Source of the DNA: Orbicella franksi
Lineage: Eukaryota
Assembly (NCBI GenBank): GCA_964199315.1
Contig: OZ116698.1
Location: 5,828,001-5,892,000, forward strand
Reading direction: 5' to 3'
DNA length: 64,000 nt
Shown here piece by piece: positions 33,993 to 48,000 of the stretch. How positions within the stretch are numbered: position 1 is the first letter of the stretch; every line of letters begins with the position of its first letter. The translations under genes and the position numbers were made by a program. The notes beneath the pieces were generated by a model that made no database searches, had not been told where the DNA came from, and saw only the letters and a list, made by a program, of their open reading frames with translations.

Positions 33993-35948
33993 AGTGTCGG
34001 CGCATCTTTCTTGCCGGCGTTTCTGTAGTTGTCAAGGAAGGCGTTGCCCTCGTCTTCTCAACCGCTTAATATTTCATTAAATGAAATTCTCTTACAGCTA
34101 ATACCTTTTTATATCGAATCATTTTGGAATTGTACCAGAGGAAATAAGCAATCCCTGTAGAATCAGCAATCCCTGTCGCCAAAATGGGAGAAAGTGGAAA
34201 GCAAACACAATCTTTCGAGTTTCGTTACCCTTTCTGCATTCATAACGAAATATAGCGTGCCGTGAGATCTGGGACATATCCGCAGTCAGAGTGGAAAGTG
34301 ACTGCTAAAATATATTTTTTAAGTTATCTTTCCAACCAGCACGGCTCGGAAATCCGAAAGCTAAGAGCATTTGTATTATTCATTATTCTGAAGAACTGCT
34401 GAGGGCATACCGCTCAGGGCTTCTTCCTGAACCGCAGAACACCGAAAAAGAAACTTTATATAAAAAAAAGTTATTCCACGCTCTACAAGTTGTCCTTAAG
34501 CTGACTGACGTTCAATAAGAAAAAAAAGTAAAAAAGAAACATTCCAAGCCATGTGAACCAGCAAACAAATTTTCAAGAGCGTTTTTAAAACATGAAATGA
34601 CGAAATGGCACAACGGTTACCCTTACAATAGCGTTCAGGTTAGCCCAAACACTGTGCTCGACAGTTGATAAATCTCAGTAATTGTACTGAAGGGTTGAAC
34701 AAACGCCTGTATACCTCATTGCCTTAAACTCGCCCAAATTTCAACACACGTGACAGAAGCTTACGGAAAACCACTTGGCACGTCGACTGAAGTTTTAAGC
34801 TCAGTTATTTGCGATGAAACCATAACATAAAAGGTCCATTTAATTGCTAAAATTAGCTTGTTTCCGATAAATTAAAAATAATTTAGAGGATTTTAAATGG
34901 CATCACAAGGGTAAAGGGGCACAAATCTCGTGGAGGACGACTTTATCGGGTGAAGAAGAAAATAGAAAACTGAAACCGCCGCCCTAACTATCTTTTATCT
35001 CACATTTGAGCTCGGCAACATTTAACGTAAGGACTTTTGCCTAATAAGTTTCAGATAAGAGCGCTCATAGAACTGAAAGGCTGAGAGGCCGAGAGTCGCG
35101 TGGGTGGGGGACCGGGGGAGGTGGGGGGAGGGAAGCGGAGGCGGAGGGTGAACCGAATAACACGTTAATTCCTTGTTGTTACTGTGTATATATTGGCTGT
35201 TTTTATGAATTAGTTCCGTGGCTAACATGAGCATCAATCAAAAAGAACCCATATCGAATTTTGTGTGGTATTTCAGGCGAGGTGTCGTTTACCTGCATAA
35301 CATAAATTTCTTCACCATCCGTGGATGCCTGTTTATCTACATTTCACCTAAAAAGGACTGCAGTTATGGGTCAGTTGAAAAGGGAAACAAATATATGAAT
35401 TCTTCAGGTATGCATTCTAACTAATTCATTGTGAGGGGACAGTGTTGTCCTTAAGTTTCCTCACGTTTGTACGCAGACGTCTTACAGCTATTAAAGTGAT
35501 ACGTGGCCTTAAAGTTTGTTGAAAAGAATCAGTTATACAGCTACGCCACAAAGTACGAGCCTGTCACCTTTCAGATGGAAAAATAAATCGAAAATTTACC
35601 TATACCTAACATTTAGACTTAAGTTAAATCAAAGAAACTTCTGAGAAATAAACCATCTCGGTCAAAGGTCGTTGCTGAGTCAGTGATGCCGTTATTGATG
35701 TCGAAACACTACAGCGCCAATGTCTTAGAAAGTGAACTATAGGCGAGCCTGTTAATTTCATTCCTAATCTTTGCTTTTCTCCATGCTCAATTTTTTCGAG
35801 GCGTGCAAATGCAATTCAACACGCAATGCTCAAAAATTCAATTGTTAGCTAATCGAGGAGGCACAAATAATAGTGACCCCGTTCAGGTGCCCCTTCCGTT
35901 ACCTCCCACTTCCTCTCCCCGGCCAGAATGACGCAAGCGCAATCCGAT

Positions 35949-36028
35949 CGGAAGTGGCACATACACAATCATGGCGGCCGGTTGAATGATATGAAGTTCA
36001 CTTTTTGACTTTGGATTTTGTACACGAA
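35949..36028 (+). promoter_or_regulatory. DENND1 proximal promoter/5' leader: ETS site, YY1-like ATGGCGGC, three tiny uORFs
   Basis: CGGAAGTG at 35949-35956; ATGGCGGCCGGTTGA at 35971-35985; ATGATATGA at 35986-35994; ATG...TGA at 35991-36008. Confidence 0.4.
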
Positions 36029-39000
36029 ATGGGCTCTAGGTTAAGGTATGAATTTGCTTCATGTGCTAAAGGAAAATTTCTTGATTATGATTGATGGTTT
36101 TTTGTATTCAGGCCCTCTCCTGAGAGAATTTTTGAGTGCTTTTTGGAAGTCGCTTCCCCGACAGATTGTGAGGGTAGGTAGTGTACACATTTCAATTTTG
36201 AACCTACAAGAGTTCGATTCTGTGCGGCAAATCAAATGTAACGGACTCCATACTTTAAATGGCCCTTTCATTTGTTATTATCTGTTACTTAGCTTGTCGA
36301 AGAAGACGTGTAAAAGCCCATATAACGTTGATCATTTGGAAGGAAATTAGCTTATCTTTGGTAGCTTAAGCGTGATTTTAAATAGAAATTTGGATTTACG
36401 TTCTTATGCATGACCTTTGTTGTCCTTTATGACCTTCACTCTGTTTAACTTTTGCAATAACTCTTTGCTCAGTCTATCTGAAGTGTTTAAGTAACCGTAC
36501 CTAAAGAATTTTGAAAAGTGCATACATAAATTTAGCTGTACTTCCGAGGCATTAACACCAATAACTTTTTTAAAAGCTTTCAAGTACGTGACATCACATG
36601 TTAGGTTTACTTGTTTCGGGTATTTGAATGGAAACACAAAACACCATCCAGTGTACAATGATGTACATAAGCAAATTGGGTTAAAATATTATAAGCTTGG
36701 GTAAACCCTGCTTCCTCTTATCACGATCTCATGTTTATATTTTTTGGATTGCTCAATGCATGATTTCACATGATGGGACTTTCCAAATTCTTGCTTGGTT
36801 TCCTCATGTCGTATTATGTTTCTCTTCACTTGCTTGCTCACTGGCTTGCATTAGTTACAAAATTACAACGATAATGTTTCGTGATGTGGTTATGTGCCGT
36901 TAATTGAAAAAAATATATCTAGTGAGGTTCTGAAAAACTGCTTTGTTTATACTTAATATGTGTCTCTGTTTTCCTTTTTCCGAATTCCTCGTTGCTTTCA
37001 TAATAATTTATAACAATAGTTTTACTGTCTTCAGGGACTGAATTTTGTCCAAAATGCCCCCCTCTTTTAAGTTAAAGCATTGCAAAGACAAATTTAATGC
37101 ACTAATTATCGATGACAGAATATGACTGAACCCTTGTCATTGTAGAGATGACCAGTTAAATCATTCTATAAAATGTTTCCTTCCATAATATTAAACTAGT
37201 CCACTACAACACATATACAACATTAGGTGGAATCAGAGCCAAGCCTATGCATTATACTTGAAGTACATAAATGTAAACTATACATTCATTTCCTGGTAAT
37301 TTATGCATGCAGTTTCATTTGAAAGGTAGGTGTTAAAATACCTGCCTTTTGATTTGCATTTGAAGGAAAATAGATGTTTGTGGTAAATGTGAAAATGCTT
37401 ATCTCCAGTTGTGGAATAGATCTTTATTTAATTTATCTTAGTGAGCTACCTGTAAATGACAAGTGCCTTCTCTTTAGTCAGTAGAAACCCAGTATTTAGT
37501 TCTGATTGGTGAAGGACTTATTCTCAGGAATTATGCAAAAAACTGATGTCGTTTGACGTCTGATATTTTTTTACAGGTCCAGAAACAAAGTTTATTCATC
37601 CTACAGACTTTGATGAAAAAGTAGGTGTCTAATGTGAATTGAATTTAGAATGATCCAGAATGCATTTTCCATTATTAGCCCAGTTATTAGAGGCTATCCC
37701 ATAGTCTTTCTGCAGAGGGTGTATATCTCTATCCATGGTACGATTGTTTTGCTTTATTCTTGTGTATAATTATAATTATAATGTGTCTTTTTAAGGCGGG
37801 ATTTTATCGTACTGAGTGTCCAAGTATCTTGAGGATGATCACTGTTTAAATAGTTAAACTAAGGTAAAATCTTAGATTAGCAGAAAGCCTAGATCCTAGA
37901 CTGAGACTGGAGATCTCCAAATAAGTTTGCACTCAAGACAGTAGAAACAGTCTTCTGTCCTTCCTTATGTTCTCTCCCAGACCCCCTCCCCCTAGGAGAG
38001 TGCCATCTAATATCCCATAGAAAGTTTGAATGTCCCCATTTCATTTATCAACTTAAAGCATGCATGGTTGAAAGGTTAACCTTGTCCTTCTTTAGGTTGA
38101 TGACCCTGGCCTGCAAATTGTAGTGGGCACTGTGAGTTTCTTAGTATAGTAGGCATATAAAGAAAGGTTTGTTTAGTTAATAAAAATTAATTTGTTTTAA
38201 TCCTTCAGGAAGCACTGAAGGCAATTCCTCAGTTTTGTTATCCCTGTGTCTCAAGCTCGTAAGTACACTTTGCATGTTAATTGATAATTCATTGTAAATG
38301 TATATACTGCTTGTTAGTAGATGACCACACTTCACCTTTGTTTAATTTTGCGTTTTTTTGTAAATACAAGTTGAATTGATTTTTTTTCCACAGGGAAGCT
38401 GTTCAACACTACACATTTGTTCTTACTGATATAGAAGGCAAATATAGATTTGGGTTTTGTCGTTATTCTCCTGAAGTAAAGACTTGTCTCTGCATTCTAA
38501 GGTAAATATGATACATTGTACTTATACAACTGCTTGTTTTAATAATTTCTGACATTTTCTATCTGTTTCCTGAGATCTTTGTCTTTTTCTTTCTTTCTCT
38601 CTCTCTTTTTTTTACAAAAAAAAAAAAACAAAAAAACTAGTTATTTATTTCACAGGACTTTACATTTTCTGTACAGTCCACTTATGTTTCTCTGAATGCT
38701 CCAGATCAGTCATCTCATATATATTTTCAGTATTTTCAGGTTTTGATAACAATGGTTTTTCTTTCATGTTAGTCTCATGCTATGTGGGTTGTAAACATCT
38801 TAGTATTTAGTAAGTAATCAACTTGATTGCCATCCTATACTTGTTTCAGCTATTTGCCATGGTTCAAGATCTTTTATGAGCTTTTGAACAGGATTGCAGA
38901 TTTGAAGAGAGCAAATGAGGTAAATAATCTTATATTAGATACATGTATGAGCTCATTATTTGCATATCAGATATAGTCTATGCAGTTTGTATTTGCTCCA

Positions 39001-42000
39001 GATAAGTTACATGTAGACGACAAAAGGTGCAGAGGCAAACCTGTGGCAGAATTAACTGGCCTTTTTGTGAGGTGTCTCTAATGTAGGGAGTGTTTCAATA
39101 AGAGCTGTATGGATTGGTGCATGGTCATAATCGAGTGGGATGATTGCGTTGTGTTCTTGGATAAGACACTTACAGTAAACTACTTTGTTCACAGTGTTCA
39201 GGGTGCAAAGAAAACCAGTTTTCAGGCTTGAAAAATAAAATTCTTACTTAATGTTTTGCAGTACTTCTGTATGTTGAACTTCCTAAAAGATTTTTCCAAA
39301 AAAAAAAAAAGTTGCCTTGAACCAACTGCAAAACACCTTTAGAACTATCATACGTGAATTTCTTTGTGCACTATGCAAATTTCTTGCTGCTGGGTAGAAT
39401 TGCAATGAACTAGCATCCCATTGTGGGTGGGGTGGGGGAGGGGGTAAAAGTACTCCTACAATGTAATTGCTTAATGCAGCAGAAACCTGTGAGGTCCTTC
39501 AATGTCTGTGACTGGAATGGATGTCTCTATGTCTTTTACAAAGGAACTGGTACCATCAAAAAGTTATTACCTAGGCCAGATTCCCCTCCTCCACTAAAGC
39601 TAAGACTGTTGTTGCTGTGAATGTGCTGACAAGAAACATTTCTGTTTGTGTTTTTAGGTTAATTCAATTCTTCCTATACTGAATCAGCTCTTAAGCCAGT
39701 CACCTCCAACACCAGGTTCTCCCTTAGCCATCACAGTGGATAGTAAAAGAGTAAGTGTTTATCCAAGTCAGGCTCCAAAGAAAATCTCTTTCCAGTTGCT
39801 CTTTAGCACGTAACAGAGCCATTGTATATTACCCTTTGAAAGTCCTCTCTCATTGGCCTTACTGTCAACTGAAATATTAATTACATGCTTAAATCTGGCA
39901 AATGATGGATACATGCCTTTGAATAAAATTCTCCAGCCTGACAGGGAAATCTGTTATCCTTACACAATCAAACAAGACCAGGGCTGTCAACCTGTTATGG
40001 CTGAGTATGCTTCATTTTCCCTTGATTCTATGGGTGAAATTGCTTGTTGTTGATAGGATTCAACCGCAAAGTAACAAGTTTGCTACAAGTGTGGAGAACG
40101 AGGCTATGGGTGACTTAAAACTTAATGGCAGCCCTGAAGACTACTGTATATTCGTACCTCAAACTACATGTACACCTCGTAATGAGGCTGAAAGCTTGAA
40201 TCAGTAGCCACAGGACTAGCTGGTAACTTTGTAGGTGTGCTGCTTTATCTAGCACTGATGACGAAGCAGCAAATACGTGTAGATATACATGTATCTTATG
40301 GTGTTTTTATTACATATTTAGGACTTTTCCTTTGTTGTACCAGACAATACTAAGCTGCCAAGCATACCAGATGATGTAAGTAAATATTAAATCCTTCATT
40401 CCTTGTACTGTAACAGTTACATGCAACAAAGAGATTTGACTATGCAGTTGTTGGAATTTAAAACTCTCAACCACTAAATTTGTCTTAAATTAACATATTT
40501 TTGAAACAATTTCCCCCTAAGAAAATATAATTCTCTCTAGATATATTGATCATTTTCTAACCATTAAGTTTCCAGGAATTAATGTAATGTAGGGTTTTAA
40601 ATGTCCTGAATGAAAGTCAGATATTAAGTCAACTAATATTGAAAAGCATTTTTACCGGTAATAAAATGGGAAATTATTTTCTTAAAGAAATGATTTTTTT
40701 CTATTATGCAGAGGAACTTAACTGATTACTTTGCTGCTGTGGAGCCATCTAACATGATTTGTATTTTTGCCAGGTAAGATTATTTATTATGCCTCGTAAT
40801 GTACTATTCATGCATGTACAGTACTACTTAAATTTAAGTTGACATTCGCTCGAAATTCAAATGACCTGACTTGATGCCCGATCCTTGAACCGCCAAAACT
40901 GAGTTTTGAGTCAATTTGTTTGAGTTTTGAGTTGAGGTGTTCAAGTTTTGAGTCAAGAAAACAAAGAAACAAAGAACTTATCTTCTCATTTATTTGTGAT
41001 TGCTATTGTTATGTATTTGAGAAATAACTCATTTCCTATTCACCGGTGTCCCCTAGAAACTAAAGACTTGAAACTCAAGACTTGAGACTCAAAACTTGTG
41101 TTTCAAAACTCGATTCTCAGTTCTCAGGGATTGATTATCAAGTTTCAAGTTGAGACTGTCAACTTACGTTTGGCTGGCACTGTAGTGTCATATAACATTT
41201 TTGTAATAATTTATTGTCTTATGTACATATAAACCTGTTTCTCGGGGTGTTTACAAAGCTCAATGCCACCTGTGGGTCAAAAAAGTTAACTCTAAGGATT
41301 CATCTTAATTTCATTGCCAAAGAGGTTTTATTATCATAATGTATTAGACTACTGTATATTGCAAGACTGGCAATTAAACTTAGCGTAATATTAATAGTGC
41401 TTTACGGCATTCCATTTTTCAGTATGTTCTTTGAGAGGCGAATAATCGTGACATCCAAGAAGCTAAATTTAGTAAGTATACTTGTAGCATGGAAGGAAAG
41501 TCAAATTAATTGAGAGCACTTGCACTGTTTTACATGCAGGAATTTGTTGGTACTCATCTTGATTTGTGGAATAGCAAAGGAGAATATAGATTGTAGGCGT
41601 TATGTTACTGAAATATTTTTTTTTGTTTTAGCTGACTGCTTGTACATATGGTGCGGCATCTCTGTTGTATCCAATGTATTGGTAAGTTCTGAGGATCTTT
41701 TCAGCTCTAAACTGAAGTCTTTCACTTTATTGAATTATTTATTTGAGTTGTACTGTCAGTATGAGATGAAAATGTAGCAAAAATTGTGTGTTAATTAGAA
41801 ACAGGATTTGCAATGGTTTTTGCAACAGACTTGCAATTGCATTTTTCTACATGTAGTTTCAAGTTCTTCAAGTTCACAGCAAAACATATGCATGCATGCA
41901 TGCCTTAGGAAATGAATATTAAATGATTTCATTATTTGCAGTATTTACAGATGCTACTGATATTGACTTGTTTTTGTTTGTGATTTCCAGGCAACACATG

Positions 42001-45000
42001 TTTGTTCCCATTGTGCCTCCACACCTCTTAGACTACTGTTGGTAAGCGAAACTACTGCTGATCGATCATGCCATTCACACAAGTTTACATCATTAGTTTA
42101 TCATTGTAATAATTTTTTGGGAAGAGATTATCTGTAATCTGACCAAGTCTAGACCCTTGAAGAGCAAAGCAATATGAAACAAAAATTCCAGAATAATAAA
42201 TCTAATGGATTTATTTCTGAGGGTTTTATTGTTAGAAGGATTTTTGCCTTTTGTATTCAGTTGAATTAGTTTTGGGGGTCAATTTTTTGAGGGAAAGGAG
42301 GGTGGTTAGGTGTTTGATATCCAGCTTAACTGTTGTATAATGAAATATCTGTTTTATTTTCATGATAGTGCACCAATGCCATTCTTGGTGGGAGTGCATG
42401 CATCATTAATGCCGGTATGTGGAAAATAGTTCTAAATTATTACCAATAGTAATTAGTTTGTAATTCCTATGACACTTGACAGCATGGCATGACCTTAATC
42501 TGGAGCCTGTTAAATTTTCCACTTATGTATCTATTGTACAGTATATTTGTAACTTCTTTGACAGGGTACTTTGAATGAAGTCTAAAGCAATTTAATGTAA
42601 TCTAAGTGTGTAGCACCAATTTTCATAGTACCTGATTCTGGATTCTTCTTATAATGCTAGCTGATGTTAGTAGTAGATTAGAGCATATTCTGACATATAT
42701 TTACGATGATTTTCTTCATTCCTGTTGCATGTCTGGGTGTCTGCTAGACTATTATAATACACACATGTATACATGTCTGTAATATTATAATAGAATTGTT
42801 GTACATGTTGTAGAGGCTTAATGTCATGTTTTAAGGTTTTGTTATAATTTTTGTCTGTCATTGTGTTTCTTTAGAAAGTGCGTCAAATGCCACTAGATGA
42901 AGTTGTAATTTTTGATGCTGATACAAATATAGTGGAGAGTCCATTTGATGATATTTCACAGCTGCCACCCGATGCTGTAAGTCAGTCATAGTTGTGCATT
43001 TGAAATTTGCCTTCTCATAATAACATGATTTTCTCTTATGGATGTTTGGCATGTTGCCTTACTGTAAGTTTTGGGCACTGGGTTGAGTAAGGTTAAGTCT
43101 GCATACGAGGCCAAGTAGCACATCAGGCGGATGCTTATCTCCAGTTTCTGTAGCGTGACATGTTTAGGAGTATTTGTACTCCCCCTGGAAGGGATGCTAG
43201 TCCATCGCAGGGTTACCCTAACCCCCAGCATATAATTTACCAGTAGAGAGGCATTTTGAGAGGAAACTGTCTTCCCCAAGAACACAACACAATGACTTCA
43301 GCCAGGGCTGGACCCAGACTTCTCAATCTGGAGTGGATTGCACTAAACATGGGGCCACTATACACCTCTTGTAACTGGGTCAGGTGTCTTTGTGGAATAT
43401 TTTGAAAAGACCCACAATGAAAAACGGTTGAATCAAAATTAAGAGTATGTTTTGGAATTCATTTATGACCATTATAACCTTACAGAAAAATGCTTGTTCT
43501 TGCATTTTAGGTGTATACTCTAAAGAACACTCTCAAGAAACCTGTTTATCCAATTGATGACAATGTCTCCAGGGCATTTCTTTGTGCCATGGTGTCACTT
43601 ATTGGAGGTTACAGAGATGCCTTGCGACTCAAACCTGTAAGTGTACACTTTAACAACTATTTCAATTTAGTTTTCATTGCCACAATAATAAAATACTAAT
43701 AATAAATAAGCATTTTTATGCAGGATGACCATTTCAATTATAAGAACTACTATCAACATGGGTCCTTCGTAAAAATAAACAAATAAATAATTAATAAAAT
43801 AAAGTATAAAATATGCAAAAATCTAAAAAGCTTTATAAGAAATCTGAAAAAATACATATAAAAAGAGATAAAAAGACTGGAACTAGATTCATATACAATT
43901 ATTGAAAGTATCTGCCCCTTTATGAAAAAACACTCTTTTAGTCGATTCTAATTTAACCCCATCAAGCCGTTTGTCAATGTTGACAAACGGCTTGTTTGTA
44001 TGAGAAAATTGCATGCGGTATATTTTAAAGGGGCTCAGTCATGGTATTTTGAGTTATTTTGGCCACATACAAGATTACCTTTAAATGGTAGGAAACATGA
44101 AAATAACAGTTTAATAAGACAGAAAAACACCAAAGAGATAATGATAAACCATAAAGGAACAAGGATGGCTAAGGATGGAGAAGATTAAGATGGATTACAA
44201 ACGACAAATTTGAAAAACTGAGGTTAAACTTTTCAATATGCGCAAACGGTGACTGAGCCCCTTTAAGGGCTAAATTGCAACCAAGTGATAATGTGTTTTC
44301 AGTTTTCAGTTTTTCAGGGTTTTTTTCGTTGCGATGTGTGCACATACTCTAAGATGAGAAAATGACGTTTGGATGTAGCATTAGCTAAATCTGTAACCTG
44401 TTGGTATTTTTTGTTCTTTTGAACTCATTGCTGGACATTGCAGAGACGCAGTTGATGTATACTGCTGCACAGACTAAAACAAACTCATCTGGTCTCAAAC
44501 CAAATTCAAGTGTGGCAGAACTTAAGTGATTAAATATTGAGTTAATTATTTGTTTTGAAAATCTGCCCACTCTGTTCCTTCTGTCTCTTGTGTAGCTGAT
44601 TGAGTGGTTCTAAGATTTTGTTTTGTGCTTATTGTTCAACTTTAGGGCGAGAAGATCTTCTTTGATAGAGACGTGTGAGTACTTTGTGTTTGTTAATTAT
44701 AACCTGCATTTGATCTACATTGAGCTGCAACAATGACTTAACTGTAGTGTATTGTACTATTTTGTTAAGAAATATATTAATTAAGTTTAAAACTGTAAGC
44801 GACTGTGACCACTTTTAGAACTAAAAGTTTGAGATTTTCTTTTGTTCTTAACCTCCCGTAAGCGACCACTTGACGGATAATAGAGTGGAAATTGGATTTA
44901 AGGTGTTGTAACATTATCGCATTCCTGGATAGTACAAGAGAAGGAAATTTCTAACGGGAAGTACCATATTTTTTCTCGAAACTGACGTTTCATGTGAATA

Positions 45001-48000
45001 AAACGTTTAAAACATGTGGTAAGTCTCCATAGGTACAATATGCTAGTGAGACAAAATTTTGTCCCAATATGGTCTTCGCTCTCGTAAGCGATCACATATA
45101 CCTGGCTTTTTGGGTGGTCGCTTACGGGAGGTTCCACTGTCGTGGCCTTTTTTAGTGTAAATGGTAATATTTCTGTTTGTTGTCATAGATTTGTTCAGGC
45201 GAAATCAAACAGTACAAGACAGCTGTTGGAGTTCATTCTTCAGCTACAGATCTTTGAGCAGGTAATGGCTTAATATTTTATGCGCTTGTTTTCGTATTGA
45301 TCAGCGTAGTGACTGAGTAGGGAGCTATCCTAGATCTGATAATTAAGCGATTTCCGTTACTCTTTTGTCGTCTATTACAAGCATGTTAATATCACGCGCG
45401 TTGTTGTTATCACAGATTGTAACTGAACTTTAAATTTCTAATTGATGATGAATCTGACGCCTTTGAATACAATATATTTCGATGTAGGCATTGAAATTTG
45501 TTTTATTTTTATTTGCAGTTTATTGCAGAAAGGCTGGACATGTTAAATGATGGAAGAGGATTTAATGATGCATTTGAAGAACAGATCGGTCTGCAAGCTG
45601 AAAGTAAGTAAATTAGCATTTTATCTGGCTCTTTTTTTTTTAACTCTAATTATTTTCTGGCCAATATGTAATGTTTTTTTCGGCGGGTGAACCAAGAGCC
45701 GGAAAACACGTATGCTCTCTCTAAGCCTAATGTAAAATCTCTCTCTTTGCTGGAGCGCTTGATTAACTTGTGTCACTCTCATTTTGAGTTGTTTAACTGG
45801 GGAGATTGGTTCATAAACAGTGTGCAAAATGTTGGAGCCAATCAGAGTAAATGTATTATCTTATTAACCAATGAGCTGCAAAGCTGCAACCAGTCTTGAT
45901 ATGGCTTGCGTAACTTTTTCCCACCCCAGCTGATAACGAAGTATATTTGATAATGAATGTTCTTGTCCGGCCACCGGAGTAAAACAGGCCTTTGGAGAAA
46001 TGTTTTCGATGTATATTGAGAAAATAATTATGTATAATTTCTTGCAGATAAAGGAAGCTGGAAGTCACAATACCAATTTTGGATGAAAGAGACTGTGGTA
46101 AGAAATTTATAACAAGACTTATCTGTAATCTTCTGTTTCTTCGCTGGGAGAACAGTTCGCGTTTTTATTCCTCCATATTGGATGAGCCGGCTGTAAACAT
46201 AGCGCGAACTACAGAATTAATGCATCGGAAACGGAAAGATTGGTTCTGATATTTGTGTGGCGAGTACTCTGTAATTACTTTGGTTTAATTTTTTAATTTT
46301 AGATTGCAGTTTCAAAACACTCACGCCAACTAGCTATTTTAAACCAGTCAGATACAAGATCGAAACCAATCGCAAATTGGATCGAGAACTACGTTTTTCC
46401 CGCGCTTGGCGCCGGTGGCGCGTATTTGCTTTGAGTTCTTATTGGTTCATTGTGTTGCTTAAGTTCGCTGTGATTTGCTCTTTAATATGATTGCTCTGAG
46501 TTTGGTTTTATTTGATTTCTGACAAACACACAGTCTGTTATTGTAAAAGACCAACAATCGTTAGAAGTGTTGTTTACTGCCGTTTAGTTGTTTACTTGAT
46601 GTTGATACTCTGTGTTATATTTACAGAAATCCGGCGGAGCATTCCTTGACAAGGTAAACTAACAACTTTTAGTTCATCGCAAGAAATGTTAGAAATGATT
46701 CTAGCGAAGTTTTCTTTCTTTCTGCCAAAAATTTACTTAACGCGCTTGGGTGTCCGGCATGTTTCAACCCATCCGTTGGTAGTGTTTTGTGTGCAGCTGC
46801 AGTTGCCGTCCTGACCCGCACGTGTTTTCGCGAGACAGAGCATTGGGTACTAGTTGACATTTTTAAGTAAACGCGTCAAAAAGTAGATTGTCAGTTATGA
46901 AATAATAATTTGGAATGTTCTTTGTTTTGCTCAGACGGAGAAAATGGTTAAAAAACAGTGCAAGAGCGGCTGGAAAACCGTGAAGAGTGGAATTAAGTCG
47001 GTTAAAGCTGACTTGGAGGACAAACTGAAGGGCAAGGTATTATAACATGTTAGATGCGATTGTCTTTTCATTGAGAAAGAAGAGGACTTCAGTTGTCCAC
47101 TGTTGTGCTTGGAGGTTGTTTTTATGTTTTTTTTTCTTTTTTTTTTAAGAAAGCCTTCTTCCTCTGAGTATGTTAGAGCAATCACGCACTAACCCCCACT
47201 GGACGTTTAGTAGCACGCCCTTGTAAGGAGAAATTCATCCAGCCAATGTTTGTAACTGAACTTTGTTTGTAGGAAGAGGAGGAATTTGAAGGAGAGCAGA
47301 AGAGAGCCAACACTAACCCAGACGTCAAACCGTTTTCAATGCACAAACTGTCCCCTTTCAACAAAAGAAGAACGATTTCACCTTCTGAGGTAAGAAAGTG
47401 ATGGTCGACGTCCGTTTTATACAGAGATGCCCCTTCACTGTTTTTGATCTAATCTTGAAGATTTGTATCAAAGCAAATCAAACGGAAGATGCTGAACTGC
47501 TTTCGAAGTTATACGAAACCTACTGCGATGTCAAAGTATGGCGAGGTTATTACTGATTTCTTTGTTGTTTCCTTTATTTAATTTAGTTTGCAAAAATCAA
47601 AATCGAAAGTGGCGCGAAAGAGCGCCCTCCCAGACCTCCTCCGCCCAAGCCCTACAGTGCTTCTGCCAGGCGTCCTCGCACTGGCGCCATTTCGACAGCA
47701 GAAGGCAAATCATCTCCTAAGCTAGTGACTCGGCGCAGTGCCCCTCATTTAACGGTGGAGCCTCTTGTGGGTGAACTTATCTCATTGGATGATAAACCAA
47801 ACAACTCAAATGAAAATGAGAGTGCCCAGGGATCAACAGATTTAAAGGTGAGCAAAATAACACCAGTCGATATGACACTTACCCTAGGTTTCTGTGGTTA
47901 ATATTCCCAGTACTTGCCTAGGGTTTCTTGCATGAAGTGACTAGGAGTACATTTCGCCCCCTTCCCCCTCCCCCTGGATGGGACACTAGTCCACCCAGGG

